Positions 38,915-49,121 of a DNA stretch of 64,000 bases are shown piece after piece. Under the pieces are notes generated by a model. That model was not told the DNA's origin and searched no databases. It worked only from the letters and a program-made list of their open reading frames with translations. The DNA is from Acidobacteriota bacterium (GTDB lineage: Bacteria; Acidobacteriota; UBA6911; RPQK01; JADFOI01), in assembly GCA_963663035.1 (NCBI GenBank), contig OY760074.1, forward strand, positions 672,001 to 736,000, in the 5' to 3' direction. The position numbers were made by a program, and so were the translations under genes. Each line of letters starts with the position of its first letter. Within the stretch, counting starts at the first letter, position 1.

Positions 38915-38959
38915 CTAAGCCCGCAGTCTGCATGATACGGGCGAGACACTACCCGCCGG

Positions 38960-40003
38960 TTAACGCTGATACTGTGCAACGGCTCGAGTGTGATCCCGGT
39001 AGTTGCTCGAGAAGATGTGCCTTCCTTCGTTTGCCAGGACAAAATAAAGATAGTCGACTTCCGCTGGATAGAGCGCGGCATCAATGGACTCAAGTCCCGG
39101 ATTCGCAATAGGACCGGCAGGTAAACCGGGGTAGAGATAGGTGTTGTAAGGAGAGTCGAGTTTCAGGTCGCTCTGATTGATCACCCCGTCGAATGCCTTC
39201 ACCAGTTTGACTGCATAAATGACGGTTGGATCGCACTCTAGTTTGAGGTTCTTCCGGAGCCGATTGTGGAAGACTGCCGAGATGAGTGGACGCTCTTTTG
39301 GGAGCCCCGTTTCCTTTTCAATCAACGAGGCCAAGGTAACGACCTCACGGGTTGTCAAATCCAATTCTTCCGCTCGCTTTAATCGCTCTGGAGTCCAAGT
39401 TTTGCGGAAATTGGCCACCATCGCTTGAACAATACCCTCTTCGCTTATGTCTCGAGTCAAAAAGTAGGTGTCCGGGAAGAGGTATCCCTCCAGGCCGTTC
39501 TCAGGGCGAGGATCCCAGTCATCCATCAGGGCTGTACTCTGCATGGCTTCAAGAAACTGGTCGGTCGCTCCAAATCCTTCACCAGCAAATCGCTCGGCAA
39601 TCTCATTCATGTTCAGGCCTTCGGGGATAGTGACGCGGTAATGGTGGACCAGGCCTGCCTTCAATGTTTCTGTCACCGAGGGAAGATTCAGAGGTTCCTC
39701 AAACCGATAATCTCCAGCCTGCAGTATTAAGGGCCTATAGAAAAACCGAGCGTACCATTCAAAGAGCAAGGAAGAGCGGACGATCCCGTAAGATTCCAGA
39801 GTCCCGGCAATTTGGGGAACAGTGGAACCCCGTTGGATGACAACCTGTTGATGAGGCCCCTCATAACCCCGGTAAGGCTGATAGATCTGGATCATTAACC
39901 ACAACAACAAGGAGGCCGTGGCGAGACTTGCCAGCCCGGCCAAAAGAATCAGACTTCGTGAACCCTTGAGTCGTTCCCTCATCGTGATTCCTCTAAGTAC
40001 CAC
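38960..40003 (-). CDS. mltG: Endolytic transglycosylase MltG
   Basis: TIPEG, EGYLFPDTY, LASLIEKET, SPYNTYLYPGLPAGPIANPG. Confidence 0.95.
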   Translation of the reverse strand: MVLRGITMRERLKGSRSLILLAGLASLATASLLLWLMIQIYQPYRGYEGPHQQVVIQRGSTVPQIAGTLESYGIVRSSLLFEWYARFFYRPLILQAGDYRFEEPLNLPSVTETLKAGLVHHYRVTIPEGLNMNEIAERFAGEGFGATDQFLEAMQSTALMDDWDPRPENGLEGYLFPDTYFLTRDISEEGIVQAMVANFRKTWTPERLKRAEELDLTTREVVTLASLIEKETGLPKERPLISAVFHNRLRKNLKLECDPTVIYAVKLVKAFDGVINQSDLKLDSPYNTYLYPGLPAGPIANPGLESIDAALYPAEVDYLYFVLANEGRHIFSSNYRDHTRAVAQYQR

Positions 40004-40431
40004 TGTAGGATCACAGCTGCTGCAAATTCATTTCGCCTTTTTCGCCTCTCGGCAACGGCCAAGCCCGCTTCTGCCATAAGCCGCTCTGCCTCCTTCGTCG
40101 ATAGGCGCTCCTCCGCTGATTCTATGGGGATCTCCAAGGATTGCTCCAGACGACTCACCAGAGGCTCGATTAGGTCGAGGGTAGTGCTGCGTTGGCCTCC
40201 CAGATGGCGAGGCATTCCCACCACAAGTTTTTCGATCTGCTGTTCTTCAATGAGCTGGCAGATTCTCTCAGTATCCATGTCCAGGCTGTCTCGAATCAGC
40301 GTCTTCAAAGGCCGGACGGTCACCTTTAAGGGATCCGTGACGGCAACGCCAATCGTCTTCGAACCGACATCCAAAGCCATCCATCGCGTCCAGGAGGCAC
40401 GTGATCCATTATTTATCGCATTCTCTTGCAT
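39979..40431 (-). CDS. ruvX: YqgF/RuvX pre-16S rRNA nuclease
   Basis: ALDVGSKTIGVAVTD, VVGMP, EERLST, AAAVILQWYL. Confidence 0.92.
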   Translation of the reverse strand: MQENAINNGSRASWTRWMALDVGSKTIGVAVTDPLKVTVRPLKTLIRDSLDMDTERICQLIEEQQIEKLVVGMPRHLGGQRSTTLDLIEPLVSRLEQSLEIPIESAEERLSTKEAERLMAEAGLAVAERRKRRNEFAAAVILQWYLEESR

Positions 40432-40498
40432 TGTTGCAGTAAAGTTCCTAAGCTATAATCATATCGCGGTCGTGACCCGAATAGTTTAGAGGAAATCG

Positions 40499-41758
40499 AT
40501 GCTGAGTAAAGCAAAAGTCATAATGGTCTTTCTTTCTGCGGTCTTTGTCGTCTATGGCATAGTCGGCGGGATGCTCAACAGAGTTTCAGCAAAAGATAAT
40601 GCTTATCGAGGTCTTAGGATTTTCACGGACGTGCTCACCAAAGTCAGAGAGGCTTACGTTGAGGAACCGGATCTGGAAAAGCTCATGCGCGGCGGTCTGC
40701 ACGGAATGATGGAGGCATTGGACCCCTATTCGAGTTTCATTGATGGGGAGACTTATGAGGAGATCCAGAGGGTAAGGGGTGAAATGACGGCCTCACCAGG
40801 AATCATAATCTCCAGACGTTATGGTTATGCCTATGTCGTTTCCGTTGTTTCAGGTAGTCCTGCAGCGAAAAGTGGCTTGCGAACGGGAGATCTCCTGGAG
40901 TCCATCGACGGTCGGGGGACGAGTCAGATGAGTCTGTGGGAGGCCAGGAAATTGTTGGCTGGCAGGGAAGGGAGTTCAGTAGACCTCCGTTTGATTCGAG
41001 CTCGTAGAAGCGCCCCTTCACAGATGGCATTGGTTCGTGAGGAGAAACGCCTCCCAGAAATTTCCGCCCGTATGGTGGAGGATGGTATTGGATTCTTATC
41101 ACTCCCCCACTTCGAGGAAGGAGCTGCACAACTGGTTTCCTCAAAGCTGAAGATGCTGCAAGCGTCTGGAATGGAAGGACTGCTGGTGGATGTGCGAGGA
41201 ACAGCTCTGGGAGCTTTTGGAGAGGCCGTGAAGGTTAGTGATTTCTTCCTTCCCAAAGGCAAGAGGATCTTGACTGTAAACAATCGTGATGGCGAAAGGA
41301 CAGAGTTTTTTTCCTTGACGGATCCGATTGTTTCGGATATTCGAATAGTCTTGTTGATTGACCGGGGGAGTAGCGGAGCCGCGGAAGTGTTTGCTGCGTC
41401 TCTGGAGGATAATGATATCGCTGTGACGGTCGGAGAAAGGACTGACGGTCAGGGTTCGATTCAAGAATTTATTTTCCTGGAAGATGGTGCAGCCATGGAA
41501 ATTCTAACAGGACTGTTTTATCGTGCCACAGGAACACCCATTCAGAGCAGAGATCTGAGCGAGTCGGGAATCTCCCCGGAGATACGATCTCCCGATCAAG
41601 ATTTTGTGACCAACTTTTATTTTAAAAATACTGCTGACGAGACTGAACCAACTCTTCAAGATGAGTTCTATCAGAGACTCAACAGTGCCATCCGTGAGCT
41701 GCAATTTGAGGAGGGACTCAAGCAGATCCGCAGTCAATTGTTGAGAGAGGCTGCCTAA
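40499..41758 (+). CDS. S41/CtpA-like PDZ protein with degenerate active site
   Basis: ALDPYSSF, a PDZ domain (GSPAAKSGLRTGD), LIDRGSSGAAEVF, VGERTDGQG. Confidence 0.85.
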   Translation: MLSKAKVIMVFLSAVFVVYGIVGGMLNRVSAKDNAYRGLRIFTDVLTKVREAYVEEPDLEKLMRGGLHGMMEALDPYSSFIDGETYEEIQRVRGEMTASPGIIISRRYGYAYVVSVVSGSPAAKSGLRTGDLLESIDGRGTSQMSLWEARKLLAGREGSSVDLRLIRARRSAPSQMALVREEKRLPEISARMVEDGIGFLSLPHFEEGAAQLVSSKLKMLQASGMEGLLVDVRGTALGAFGEAVKVSDFFLPKGKRILTVNNRDGERTEFFSLTDPIVSDIRIVLLIDRGSSGAAEVFAASLEDNDIAVTVGERTDGQGSIQEFIFLEDGAAMEILTGLFYRATGTPIQSRDLSESGISPEIRSPDQDFVTNFYFKNTADETEPTLQDEFYQRLNSAIRELQFEEGLKQIRSQLLREAA

Positions 41759-41824
41759 AACCCTCAGCTAATATTAGGGCACTAATCCATCAACTAAACC
41801 ATAAATCAATCAAAAGGAGGAGAG

Positions 41825-42094
41825 ATGAACAAAGGTCAGTTAATTGAGGCAATTGCTAAAGATGCGAAAATCACGAAGTCCCAGGCTGGGGGAGCACTGG
41901 ATGCTTTTGTGAAGAATGTGCAAGTGTCTCTTAAAAAAGGAGATAAAGTGACGATTGTGGGTTTTGGGACCTTCTCGGCCTCCAACCGAGCCGCCCGCAT
42001 GGGCCGCAATCCCCAGACTGGACAACCGATCAAGATTCCGGCTAAGAGAGTCGCCAAGTTCTCAGCCGGCAAGTCTCTCAAGTCCGCGATCTAA
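41825..42094 (+). CDS. hup: DNA-binding protein HU
   Basis: MNKGQLI, GFGTF, GRNPQTG. Confidence 0.97.
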   Translation: MNKGQLIEAIAKDAKITKSQAGGALDAFVKNVQVSLKKGDKVTIVGFGTFSASNRAARMGRNPQTGQPIKIPAKRVAKFSAGKSLKSAI

Positions 42095-42331
42095 TTGATC
42101 TATACGCTAGTGTCTCCTGGAATCGATTGTCGTTGTATCGCTGAGAGTGATCTTGTCCTTGTTGAGCAGGCGACGAGAGTTCCTATCGGGAACTGGCAAC
42201 TGACCAGAGACACCAGACGTCGACAACACACAACAGACAACGAGCAGTCGACAGCAGCAATGCGTGTCCCTTGTGAGTTGTCTGTTGTGGCTTATGTCAA
42301 CCCATCTTTTGTCAGTTATCATGTGGAACGT

Positions 42332-42406
42332 AGGTGCGTAGCTCAGGGGGAGAGCACTTCCTTGACACGGAAGGGGTCAGCGGTTCAAATCCGCTCGCAC
42401 CTACCA
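42332..42406 (+). tRNA. tRNA-Val (GAC)
   Basis: Acceptor stem AGGTGCG/CGCACCT, anticodon arm CTTCC-TTGACAC-GGAAG, T-loop GGTTCAAATCC, encoded CCA. Confidence 0.97.
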
Positions 42407-42429
42407 TTTTTATCTTGAGTCGAAGCACT

Positions 42430-44247
42430 TTGTCAGAGCTGGAATTAAGGACCATCCGCAGAGATGGCGAGATCCTGCAGGTGACGGAGCCCGAGGAGGC
42501 TCTGGAAGTCCTGCGCCATTCGACCTCTCATCTCATGGCGCTGGCCGTCACCCAACTCTTCCCGGAAGTGCACTTGGGTATTGGGCCTGCTACCAAAGAA
42601 GGCTTTTACTATGACTTTCAGACTCCTCACCGGTTGACTGAAGAAGATTTGGAAGAGATCGAGAAGAGAATGCGGAAAATCAGGAAGCAGGATCTGCACT
42701 TTGAGCCTTCCATTGTGAATAAAAAGGAAGCGCTGGAACTCTTTCGGCAGGAAGGAGAGATTCTCAAGACCGAACTGATCGAGGAGCGGGACGGGGAGGT
42801 GCTCTCTTGTTACAGGTTGGGAGAGTTGGTTGATTTTTGCACGGGTCCACATGTGTTCTCTACCTCCCAACTGGGTGTGTTCAAGCTGTTGTCTGTGGCC
42901 GGATCCTATTGGAGAGGGGACGAAACGCGCACCCAATTGCAGCGGATCTACGGTACAGCCTTCTTTGAAGAGACGGCACTACAGGAACACCTCGCCAAAT
43001 TGGAGGAAGCTCTCAAGCGTGATCATCGTCGGGTGGGGAAACAACTGGACCTTTTCAGTTCTCAGGATAGAGTGGCTCCCGGCTTGATTTTCTGGCATCC
43101 CAAAGGAGCGCAGGTCAGAGAACTGATTGAGGATTTCATGCGTCTCCAGTTGACCAGACGAGGATATCAGCGGGTATACACTCCTCATATTGCCAAGAGT
43201 GACCTCTGGAAGACTTCGGGGCATTACGAATACTTTCTAAAGAACATGTACACCTTGCCAGTGGATGAGGAAGAGTACGTGTTGAAGCCCATGAACTGTC
43301 CTGGGCATATCCTGATTTATCAGTCCACCAAGCGAAGTTATCGTGACTTGCCTGTGCGGCTTGCAGAGTTTGGCACGGTCTATCGGCGTGAGAAATCAGG
43401 GACTCTTCACGGCATGTTACGGGTCCGTGGTTTTACCCAGGATGACGCCCACATCTTCTGCCGTCCGGATCAAGTCCTGGATGAAGTGATACAGACTCTC
43501 GATCTGGCTGAATACGTTCTGAAAAGCTTTGGCTTCGATGGTTTTGAAGTGACTTTGTCGGTTCGGGATCCCGCTCACGGGGAGCACTATGCAGGTAAGA
43601 GCGAAGACTGGGAGAAGGCTGAAGCTGTCTTGGTTCAGGCACTGGAAAGCAAGGGATGGCCCTATAAACGATGTGAAGGCGAAGCTGTCTTTTACGGCCC
43701 TAAGATCGATGTGGAGATTTTGGATGTGCTGGGACGACCCTGGCAGTTGAGCACGTTTCAGTTCGATTTCAGTTTGCCTGAGCGCTTCAAGGTGACCTAT
43801 GTGGGAGCTGATTCCAAGGACCACTTAGTGATCATGATTCACCGAGCTCTGCTGGGATCTCTCGAGCGTTTCATGGGAATTTTGATTGAGCACTATGGGG
43901 GCGCGTTTCCCCTTTGGCTGGCCCCAGTTCAGGCACTCGTCATCCCGATCAGCGAGAAGTATCATGAGTACGCACTTCAGATTGAAAAGGAGCTTAAGGA
44001 AGCAGAGGGGGGAGCCATTCGGGTGGAAACAGACCTCAGGAATGAGAAGCTGGGATACAAGATTCGAGGGGGGCAGGTGCAGAAAGTTCCGTACATGCTG
44101 ATTGTAGGCGAGAAAGAAGCGGCAGCCCACACGGTAGCCGTTCGCAATCGTTTTCAGGGCGAGCAGGGGACAATGAAGGTTGAGGATCTGGCAAACTTGA
44201 TCCATAATCTTGTGGAAAAGAAAGTAGTGGAGGAAACGGATCAATAG
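42430..44247 (+). CDS. thrS: Threonine--tRNA ligase (short N-terminus)
   Basis: LRHSTSH, DFCTGPH, RDHR, KPMNCP, RVRGFTQDDAH, FYGPK. The TTG start after the tRNA is tentative. Confidence 0.95.
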   Translation: MSELELRTIRRDGEILQVTEPEEALEVLRHSTSHLMALAVTQLFPEVHLGIGPATKEGFYYDFQTPHRLTEEDLEEIEKRMRKIRKQDLHFEPSIVNKKEALELFRQEGEILKTELIEERDGEVLSCYRLGELVDFCTGPHVFSTSQLGVFKLLSVAGSYWRGDETRTQLQRIYGTAFFEETALQEHLAKLEEALKRDHRRVGKQLDLFSSQDRVAPGLIFWHPKGAQVRELIEDFMRLQLTRRGYQRVYTPHIAKSDLWKTSGHYEYFLKNMYTLPVDEEEYVLKPMNCPGHILIYQSTKRSYRDLPVRLAEFGTVYRREKSGTLHGMLRVRGFTQDDAHIFCRPDQVLDEVIQTLDLAEYVLKSFGFDGFEVTLSVRDPAHGEHYAGKSEDWEKAEAVLVQALESKGWPYKRCEGEAVFYGPKIDVEILDVLGRPWQLSTFQFDFSLPERFKVTYVGADSKDHLVIMIHRALLGSLERFMGILIEHYGGAFPLWLAPVQALVIPISEKYHEYALQIEKELKEAEGGAIRVETDLRNEKLGYKIRGGQVQKVPYMLIVGEKEAAAHTVAVRNRFQGEQGTMKVEDLANLIHNLVEKKVVEETDQ

Positions 44248-44794
44248 AACTCGTATCAATCATCAGATAAGATCCCGTGAACTTCGGGTGATCGACGAGG
44301 ATGGTGGCCAGTTGGGAGTTATGACTCCTGGGCAGGCACTCGGAATGGCGGAAGAAAGAGGGCTTGATTTAGTGGAAGTTGCACCAACGGCCAATCCGCC
44401 TGTTTGCCGAATCATGGATTATGGAAAGTACCGCTATGAGCAGAGCAAGAGGGCTCAAGAGGCAAAGAGGCATCAAAAGACGGTCCAGGTCAAGGAGGTC
44501 AAGTTTCGGCCCAAAATCGACGAACATGATTTCAACTTCAAAAAGAATCATATTCTCAGGTTTCTGAAAGAGGAACACAAGGTCAAGGCCACGGTGATGT
44601 TCCGGGGCCGAGAAGTCACGCATGCCGAACTTGGGGAACAGATATTGCGACGTTTGGTGGTTGAGCTCGACGAGTTTGGTGTTATGGAAAGAGGGCCCAA
44701 GCTGGAGGGACATACCATGACCATGATTCTGAGTCCCAAGAAGGGAGCGCACCGTGAAGTTAAGGACGAAAAGAGCAGCAGCGAAACGCTTTAA
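44240..44794 (+). CDS. infC: Translation initiation factor IF-3 (probable ATC start)
   Basis: GGAGG, 6 nt, then ATC in frame with [15 protein letters not shown]; DLVEVAP, MDYGKY, MFRGRE. Confidence 0.93.
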   Translation: MNRTRINHQIRSRELRVIDEDGGQLGVMTPGQALGMAEERGLDLVEVAPTANPPVCRIMDYGKYRYEQSKRAQEAKRHQKTVQVKEVKFRPKIDEHDFNFKKNHILRFLKEEHKVKATVMFRGREVTHAELGEQILRRLVVELDEFGVMERGPKLEGHTMTMILSPKKGAHREVKDEKSSSETL

Positions 44795-44948
44795 GTTGAC
44801 TGGAAAAGGGAAAATAAAGAGAGGGCACAGCCATCGCAGTCATATTCTGACCAAGAAGTCTTCAAAGCGGAAAAGGGGCTTGAGAAAACCGGCAACTGTG
44901 AGTAAGCCTGACGAAAAACGTGTCAAAATGATGCTGAAACTGAGGTAG
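44754..44948 (+). CDS. rpmI: 50S ribosomal protein L35
   Basis: [23 protein letters not shown]. Confidence 0.95.
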   Translation: MKLRTKRAAAKRFKLTGKGKIKRGHSHRSHILTKKSSKRKRGLRKPATVSKPDEKRVKMMLKLR

Positions 44949-44958
44949 AATTTAGATT

Positions 44959-45318
44959 ATGGGCCGAGTTAGACGTGGAAATAAGAGGCTTCGACGCCGA
45001 AAGAAGATTTTACGACAGGCCAAGGGCTACTGGGGAACCAAGAGCAAGCTGCATAAGGCTGCCAAACAGCAGATCATAAAGTCACTGAATTATGCCTACC
45101 GGGACCGGCGGCAGAAAAAGAGACGCTTCCGCAGGCTATGGATTATTCGCATTGCGGCTGCGGCCAGACAACATGGCTGCTCTTACAGTCAATTCATACA
45201 CGGTCTAAATAAGGCTGGGGTAACTCTCAACAGAAAGGTGCTGGCGGATCTGGCAGTTCGTGAAGAAAAGGCATTTGAGGAAATTATGCGGACTGCCAAA
45301 GAGGCGCTTGCCGATTAG
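44959..45318 (+). CDS. rplT: 50S ribosomal protein L20
   Basis: AKGYWG, YAYRDRR, FRRLWIIRI, NRKVLADLA. Confidence 0.97.
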   Translation: MGRVRRGNKRLRRRKKILRQAKGYWGTKSKLHKAAKQQIIKSLNYAYRDRRQKKRRFRRLWIIRIAAAARQHGCSYSQFIHGLNKAGVTLNRKVLADLAVREEKAFEEIMRTAKEALAD

Positions 45319-46349
45319 TGAAATCCTCCCAAGACGAAGTTCATCCTTTGTGGGACGAGTTTTGTCGAGATCTTGAGACGGTTTCTGGTTCAGATGAGCT
45401 GACTGATCTCAAGGATAAGTATCTCAGTCGAAACAGAGGCCTGGTCACTCTCGAACTCAGGAACCTCAAAGGTTTATCTCCTCAAGATCGATCTGAAGCA
45501 GGTCGCCAACTCAACCAGTTGAAGGCGCGAGTGCAGGCCGCCTTGTCCGAGCGGCAGGCGGAGTTCAAGGAAAGGGAACACCTGCTCCAACTGGAAACAG
45601 AACAGATCGACGTCACATTACCTGGATACGACTTTGCGCGTGGGGGCCTTCACCCGGTACGACGTGTTTGGCGGGAGATGGAGGAAATCTCCGTTCGGAT
45701 GGGCTTTACAGTCATGTCGGGTCCGGAAGTGGAATCGGACTATTACAACTTTGAAGCCCTGAACATTCCCAAGGGGCATCCCGCTCGTGACGATCAGGAC
45801 ACCTTTTACCTTTCCCAGAATCTGTTGCTGCGAACCCACACTTCCCCGGTGCAGATTCGGACCATGGAAAACCAGAGCCCACCCATTCGAATTGTCGTTC
45901 CCGGTCGGGTTTTCAGACGCGACGCAGCTGATGCCACCCACAATCCAATGTTTCACCAGATGGAAGGGCTGTTGGTGGATGAAGGAATCACGTTGGCTGA
46001 TCTGAAAGGGACCTTGGAGGTCTTTCTGAAAGAGTTGTTCTCTGCTGACACTCGAGTCCGTTTCCGACCCAGTTACTTCCCCTTTGTGGAGCCGGGGGCA
46101 GAGGTGGATATCAGCTGTATCTTCTGTGCCGGGGAGGGTTGTCGGGTGTGTAAGGGCAGTGGCTGGATTGAGATCATGGGTGCCGGGATGGTTCATCCCC
46201 GAGTTTTCGAGATGGTCGGTTACGACTTTGAAAAATACACCGGATTCGCCTGGGGTATGGGGATTGACCGGATTGCGCTCCTGAAATATCAGGTGGACGA
46301 TATGCGCTTGTTCTTTGAAAATGACATCCGCTTTCTCCGCCAGTTTTGA
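45318..46349 (+). CDS. pheS: Phenylalanine--tRNA ligase alpha subunit
   Basis: HPARD, LLRTHTSPVQ, FHQMEG, RFRPSYFPFVEP, GFAWGMG. Confidence 0.98.
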   Translation: MKSSQDEVHPLWDEFCRDLETVSGSDELTDLKDKYLSRNRGLVTLELRNLKGLSPQDRSEAGRQLNQLKARVQAALSERQAEFKEREHLLQLETEQIDVTLPGYDFARGGLHPVRRVWREMEEISVRMGFTVMSGPEVESDYYNFEALNIPKGHPARDDQDTFYLSQNLLLRTHTSPVQIRTMENQSPPIRIVVPGRVFRRDAADATHNPMFHQMEGLLVDEGITLADLKGTLEVFLKELFSADTRVRFRPSYFPFVEPGAEVDISCIFCAGEGCRVCKGSGWIEIMGAGMVHPRVFEMVGYDFEKYTGFAWGMGIDRIALLKYQVDDMRLFFENDIRFLRQF

Positions 46350-46367
46350 GGTCGCCGGGAAACTGTA

Positions 46368-48434
46368 ATGAAGGTTAGCTATCAGTGGCTCCAGGCTTAT
46401 GTGAATTTGGACGGCCTGAAAGGCGGCGTGAGTGCACTCGCCGAGGCCCTGACCGGAGTGGGTTTGGCCGTTGAGGAGATTCAAGAGCTGGAGAACGACT
46501 TCATTATTGACCTGGAAGTCACCACGAACCGTCCTGATTGCCTGAATCACCTTGGAATCGCTCGTGAAATTGCCGCTCAGTTTCGACTTCAGCTCAAGTC
46601 CCCTGACTTTTCTCCTCCCCAGAATGGGGCGGATGAATCCACTTCTTTGGCCGCTGATGTGACCATCGAGAATTTCCAACTATGTCCACGCTATGCGGCG
46701 CGTGTTCTGTCCGACTTCACCATTGGAGAGTCACCCGACTGGCTCAAGGAGCGCTTGGAAGCCGTTGGGCAAAGGCCCATTAACAACATTGTCGACATCA
46801 CCAACTTTGTCCTGCTGGAGATGGGCCACCCACTGCATGCCTTCGATTACGACAAGCTGAAGGAACATCGCATCATTGTCAGAACTGCCGAGGCCGGAGA
46901 ACGCCTCACTACCCTGGACGGATTTGAGCGTGAGCTGGATTCTTCCATGCTGGTGATTGGAGATGCCAGCCGTCCTGTTGCCATAGCCGGGATCATGGGA
47001 GGGGAGGAAAGTGAGATTTCTCAGGACACGCGCACGATTCTGCTGGAGAGTGCATACTTCGACCCCGCCTCGGTTCGCAAAACGGCAAAGAATCTAAGTC
47101 TTGGCACGGAAGCCTCCTTTCGTTTTGAACGGGGAGCTGATCCAGAGATCCCGGTAAAAGCGCTGAATCGCACCTGCCGTTTGATTCAGGAGATCGCCGG
47201 TGGTGTTATGGCGGGTCCGGTTATTGATGAGTATCCCAATCCCCCAGCTCGAAACTCTGTTCAGCTGCGCTCCCAGCGTATCGCCCAGGTCCTGGGAGTG
47301 GAGATCGATCCCGAGTTTGTCACTGATACTCTGGCACGCCTTGAGTTTGTGGCTTCTAAAACCGAAAAGAATATCTGGCAGGTTCCGAGTTTTCGAGTCG
47401 ATGTGGGTCTTGAGGAGGATCTGGTCGAAGAAGTAGGTCGACACTATGGATATGACCGAATTGAAAGTACCTATCCGAATGCTCCAGGTGTGGGCAGCTT
47501 TCTGGCGACCGATGGCCATGACCGCGTCCTGACACGAGCACTCGAGGGCTTTGGCTTTCTGGAGGCCTTCAATTATGTCTTTACGAACCCATCGAGAGAG
47601 GCCCTTTTTGGGAATTCAGCCCTTTCCCAGGCTGCCATCTCCAATCCTCTCAGCGAGGAGGACAGCCATCTGAGTGTCAGCCTGGTCCCAGGACTGGTGG
47701 AGGCGCTGCGCCGGAATCTGAACCATGGAAACAAAAACGTCAGACTTTTCGAATTGGGAAAGGTTTTCATTCCGGACGCTTCAGAGGATGGGGTGGGCCC
47801 TCAGGAGAGCTGGCGATTGGGCTTAGTGGCCACAGGCGCGTTTTATCAGCCCTTCTGGAACACGGCCCAAGATGAGTTTCACTTTCACCATTTAAAGGGC
47901 ATCGTAGAGGCGTTGCTCGAAAAGCTCGGTCGAGAGGGGGAGTTTCAGGATGTCTCTGATATCTCCTTTCTTCATCCTGGAATTTCCGCAAGCGTCGCAG
48001 TCGATGGAGAATTGTGCGGGGCCCTGGGGCAGCTGCACCCTCGGCTTCAAGATGCCTTTAAGTTCTTACACTCCGTTTACGTGGCAGAGCTGTTTCTGGA
48101 GCCGCTCCACGGGCATCCTCTCCCCCAGCCACGATATGAACCTCTGGAAAGACTTCCCTCGGTCCAGAGGGACCTCTCTTTTATCGTTGACAAAGAGGTA
48201 GAATACGCTAGAATGTTATCGGTTGTGGAGAAACTGGGCATCCCGGAACTCCACGACATTGAGCTCATTGATCTCTACCAAAGCTCCACCCTTCCTCAGG
48301 GCAAGGTTAGCTTGGCTATACGGTTAACCTTTGCCAGTCCGAAAAAAACGTTAACGCAGGAAGAAGTTAACCGCTCCACCGAAGAGATTGCTTCGCTGTT
48401 GGAGAAAACTTTTTCTACAGAAACTCGCTCCTAG
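46368..48434 (+). CDS. pheT: Phenylalanine--tRNA ligase beta subunit (short form)
   Basis: MKVSYQWL, TTNRPD, INNIVDITN, RFERG, EEDLVEEV, and a C-terminal anticodon-binding region. Confidence 0.97.
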   Translation: MKVSYQWLQAYVNLDGLKGGVSALAEALTGVGLAVEEIQELENDFIIDLEVTTNRPDCLNHLGIAREIAAQFRLQLKSPDFSPPQNGADESTSLAADVTIENFQLCPRYAARVLSDFTIGESPDWLKERLEAVGQRPINNIVDITNFVLLEMGHPLHAFDYDKLKEHRIIVRTAEAGERLTTLDGFERELDSSMLVIGDASRPVAIAGIMGGEESEISQDTRTILLESAYFDPASVRKTAKNLSLGTEASFRFERGADPEIPVKALNRTCRLIQEIAGGVMAGPVIDEYPNPPARNSVQLRSQRIAQVLGVEIDPEFVTDTLARLEFVASKTEKNIWQVPSFRVDVGLEEDLVEEVGRHYGYDRIESTYPNAPGVGSFLATDGHDRVLTRALEGFGFLEAFNYVFTNPSREALFGNSALSQAAISNPLSEEDSHLSVSLVPGLVEALRRNLNHGNKNVRLFELGKVFIPDASEDGVGPQESWRLGLVATGAFYQPFWNTAQDEFHFHHLKGIVEALLEKLGREGEFQDVSDISFLHPGISASVAVDGELCGALGQLHPRLQDAFKFLHSVYVAELFLEPLHGHPLPQPRYEPLERLPSVQRDLSFIVDKEVEYARMLSVVEKLGIPELHDIELIDLYQSSTLPQGKVSLAIRLTFASPKKTLTQEEVNRSTEEIASLLEKTFSTETRS

Positions 48435-48447
48435 TGGGTTGGTGACC

Positions 48448-48699
48448 GTGGCAGAAAAGGCTCTCGACCAGTTGGAAACTCGAGTCATTCAAGCGGTTCA
48501 GCTTTTGAGCAGTCTTCAAAGTGAAGTTCGGACTCTTCAAGAGGAGGTTCAAACATTAAAAAGCAGCCTGGAGGAAGTCAAAAAAGATAACAAACTGAAG
48601 AATCAAGTCCTTAAACAATTTAGAAATGACCGTCTAAGAATTCGGTCCAGGGTGGAACAGGCTCTCAGGAAGGTGATTGCCCTGGAGGAACCAAGTTAA
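48448..48699 (+). CDS. ZapB-like coiled-coil protein
   Basis: LDQLETRVIQAV heptad pattern; located between pheT and zapA. Confidence 0.7.
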   Translation: MAEKALDQLETRVIQAVQLLSSLQSEVRTLQEEVQTLKSSLEEVKKDNKLKNQVLKQFRNDRLRIRSRVEQALRKVIALEEPS

Positions 48700-48705
48700 T
48701 CGAAG

Positions 48706-49023
48706 GTGGAACAGTCCATGAGTGAAGATCCAAAACAGGTTACGGCCGTTGAGATTTTCAAGCAAACTTACCAAGTGAGCAGTGGAGGTGATCCCGAGTA
48801 TGTTCAGCAGTTGGCAGAATATGTCGACAGAATGATGACGGATGTCTTTGAACGTACTTCTGCTGTTGATAGTTTGAAGGTAGCCGTTTTGGCGGCTTTG
48901 AATATTGCGGATGAGTGTTTTGCGGCTCAGCACAAATTTAGTGCTCTGGAAGACACCGTGACCGAGAGAAGTGAAAAAATCAGCACTCTACTGGACCCGT
49001 TCGTCGCTTCCGAGTCCTCTTGA
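48706..49023 (+). CDS. zapA: Cell division protein ZapA
   Basis: VEIFKQTY, LAEYVD, AVLAALNIADE. Confidence 0.92.
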   Translation: MEQSMSEDPKQVTAVEIFKQTYQVSSGGDPEYVQQLAEYVDRMMTDVFERTSAVDSLKVAVLAALNIADECFAAQHKFSALEDTVTERSEKISTLLDPFVASESS

Positions 49024-49121
49024 GTGCCTTCTAAAGTTTCTACCTGACAGCAGGGGAAAAGCTCCCACCTGTGCCCCTTTCTTTAAGACGGCCACTTCAC
49101 GATAGAGAGCAGGAGTGTCTT

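Noticed and set aside
42334-42429. N-terminal extension of ThrS in the ORF track
   Set aside because: It is a translation through the tRNA-Val gene.
42332-42430. Integrative element at tRNA-Val
   Set aside because: No integrase and no duplicated tRNA 3' end; core genes continue directly.
49024-49121. 6S RNA, often found downstream of zapA
   Set aside because: The gap is only about 98 nt, and I could not see the long irregular hairpin with a central bubble.
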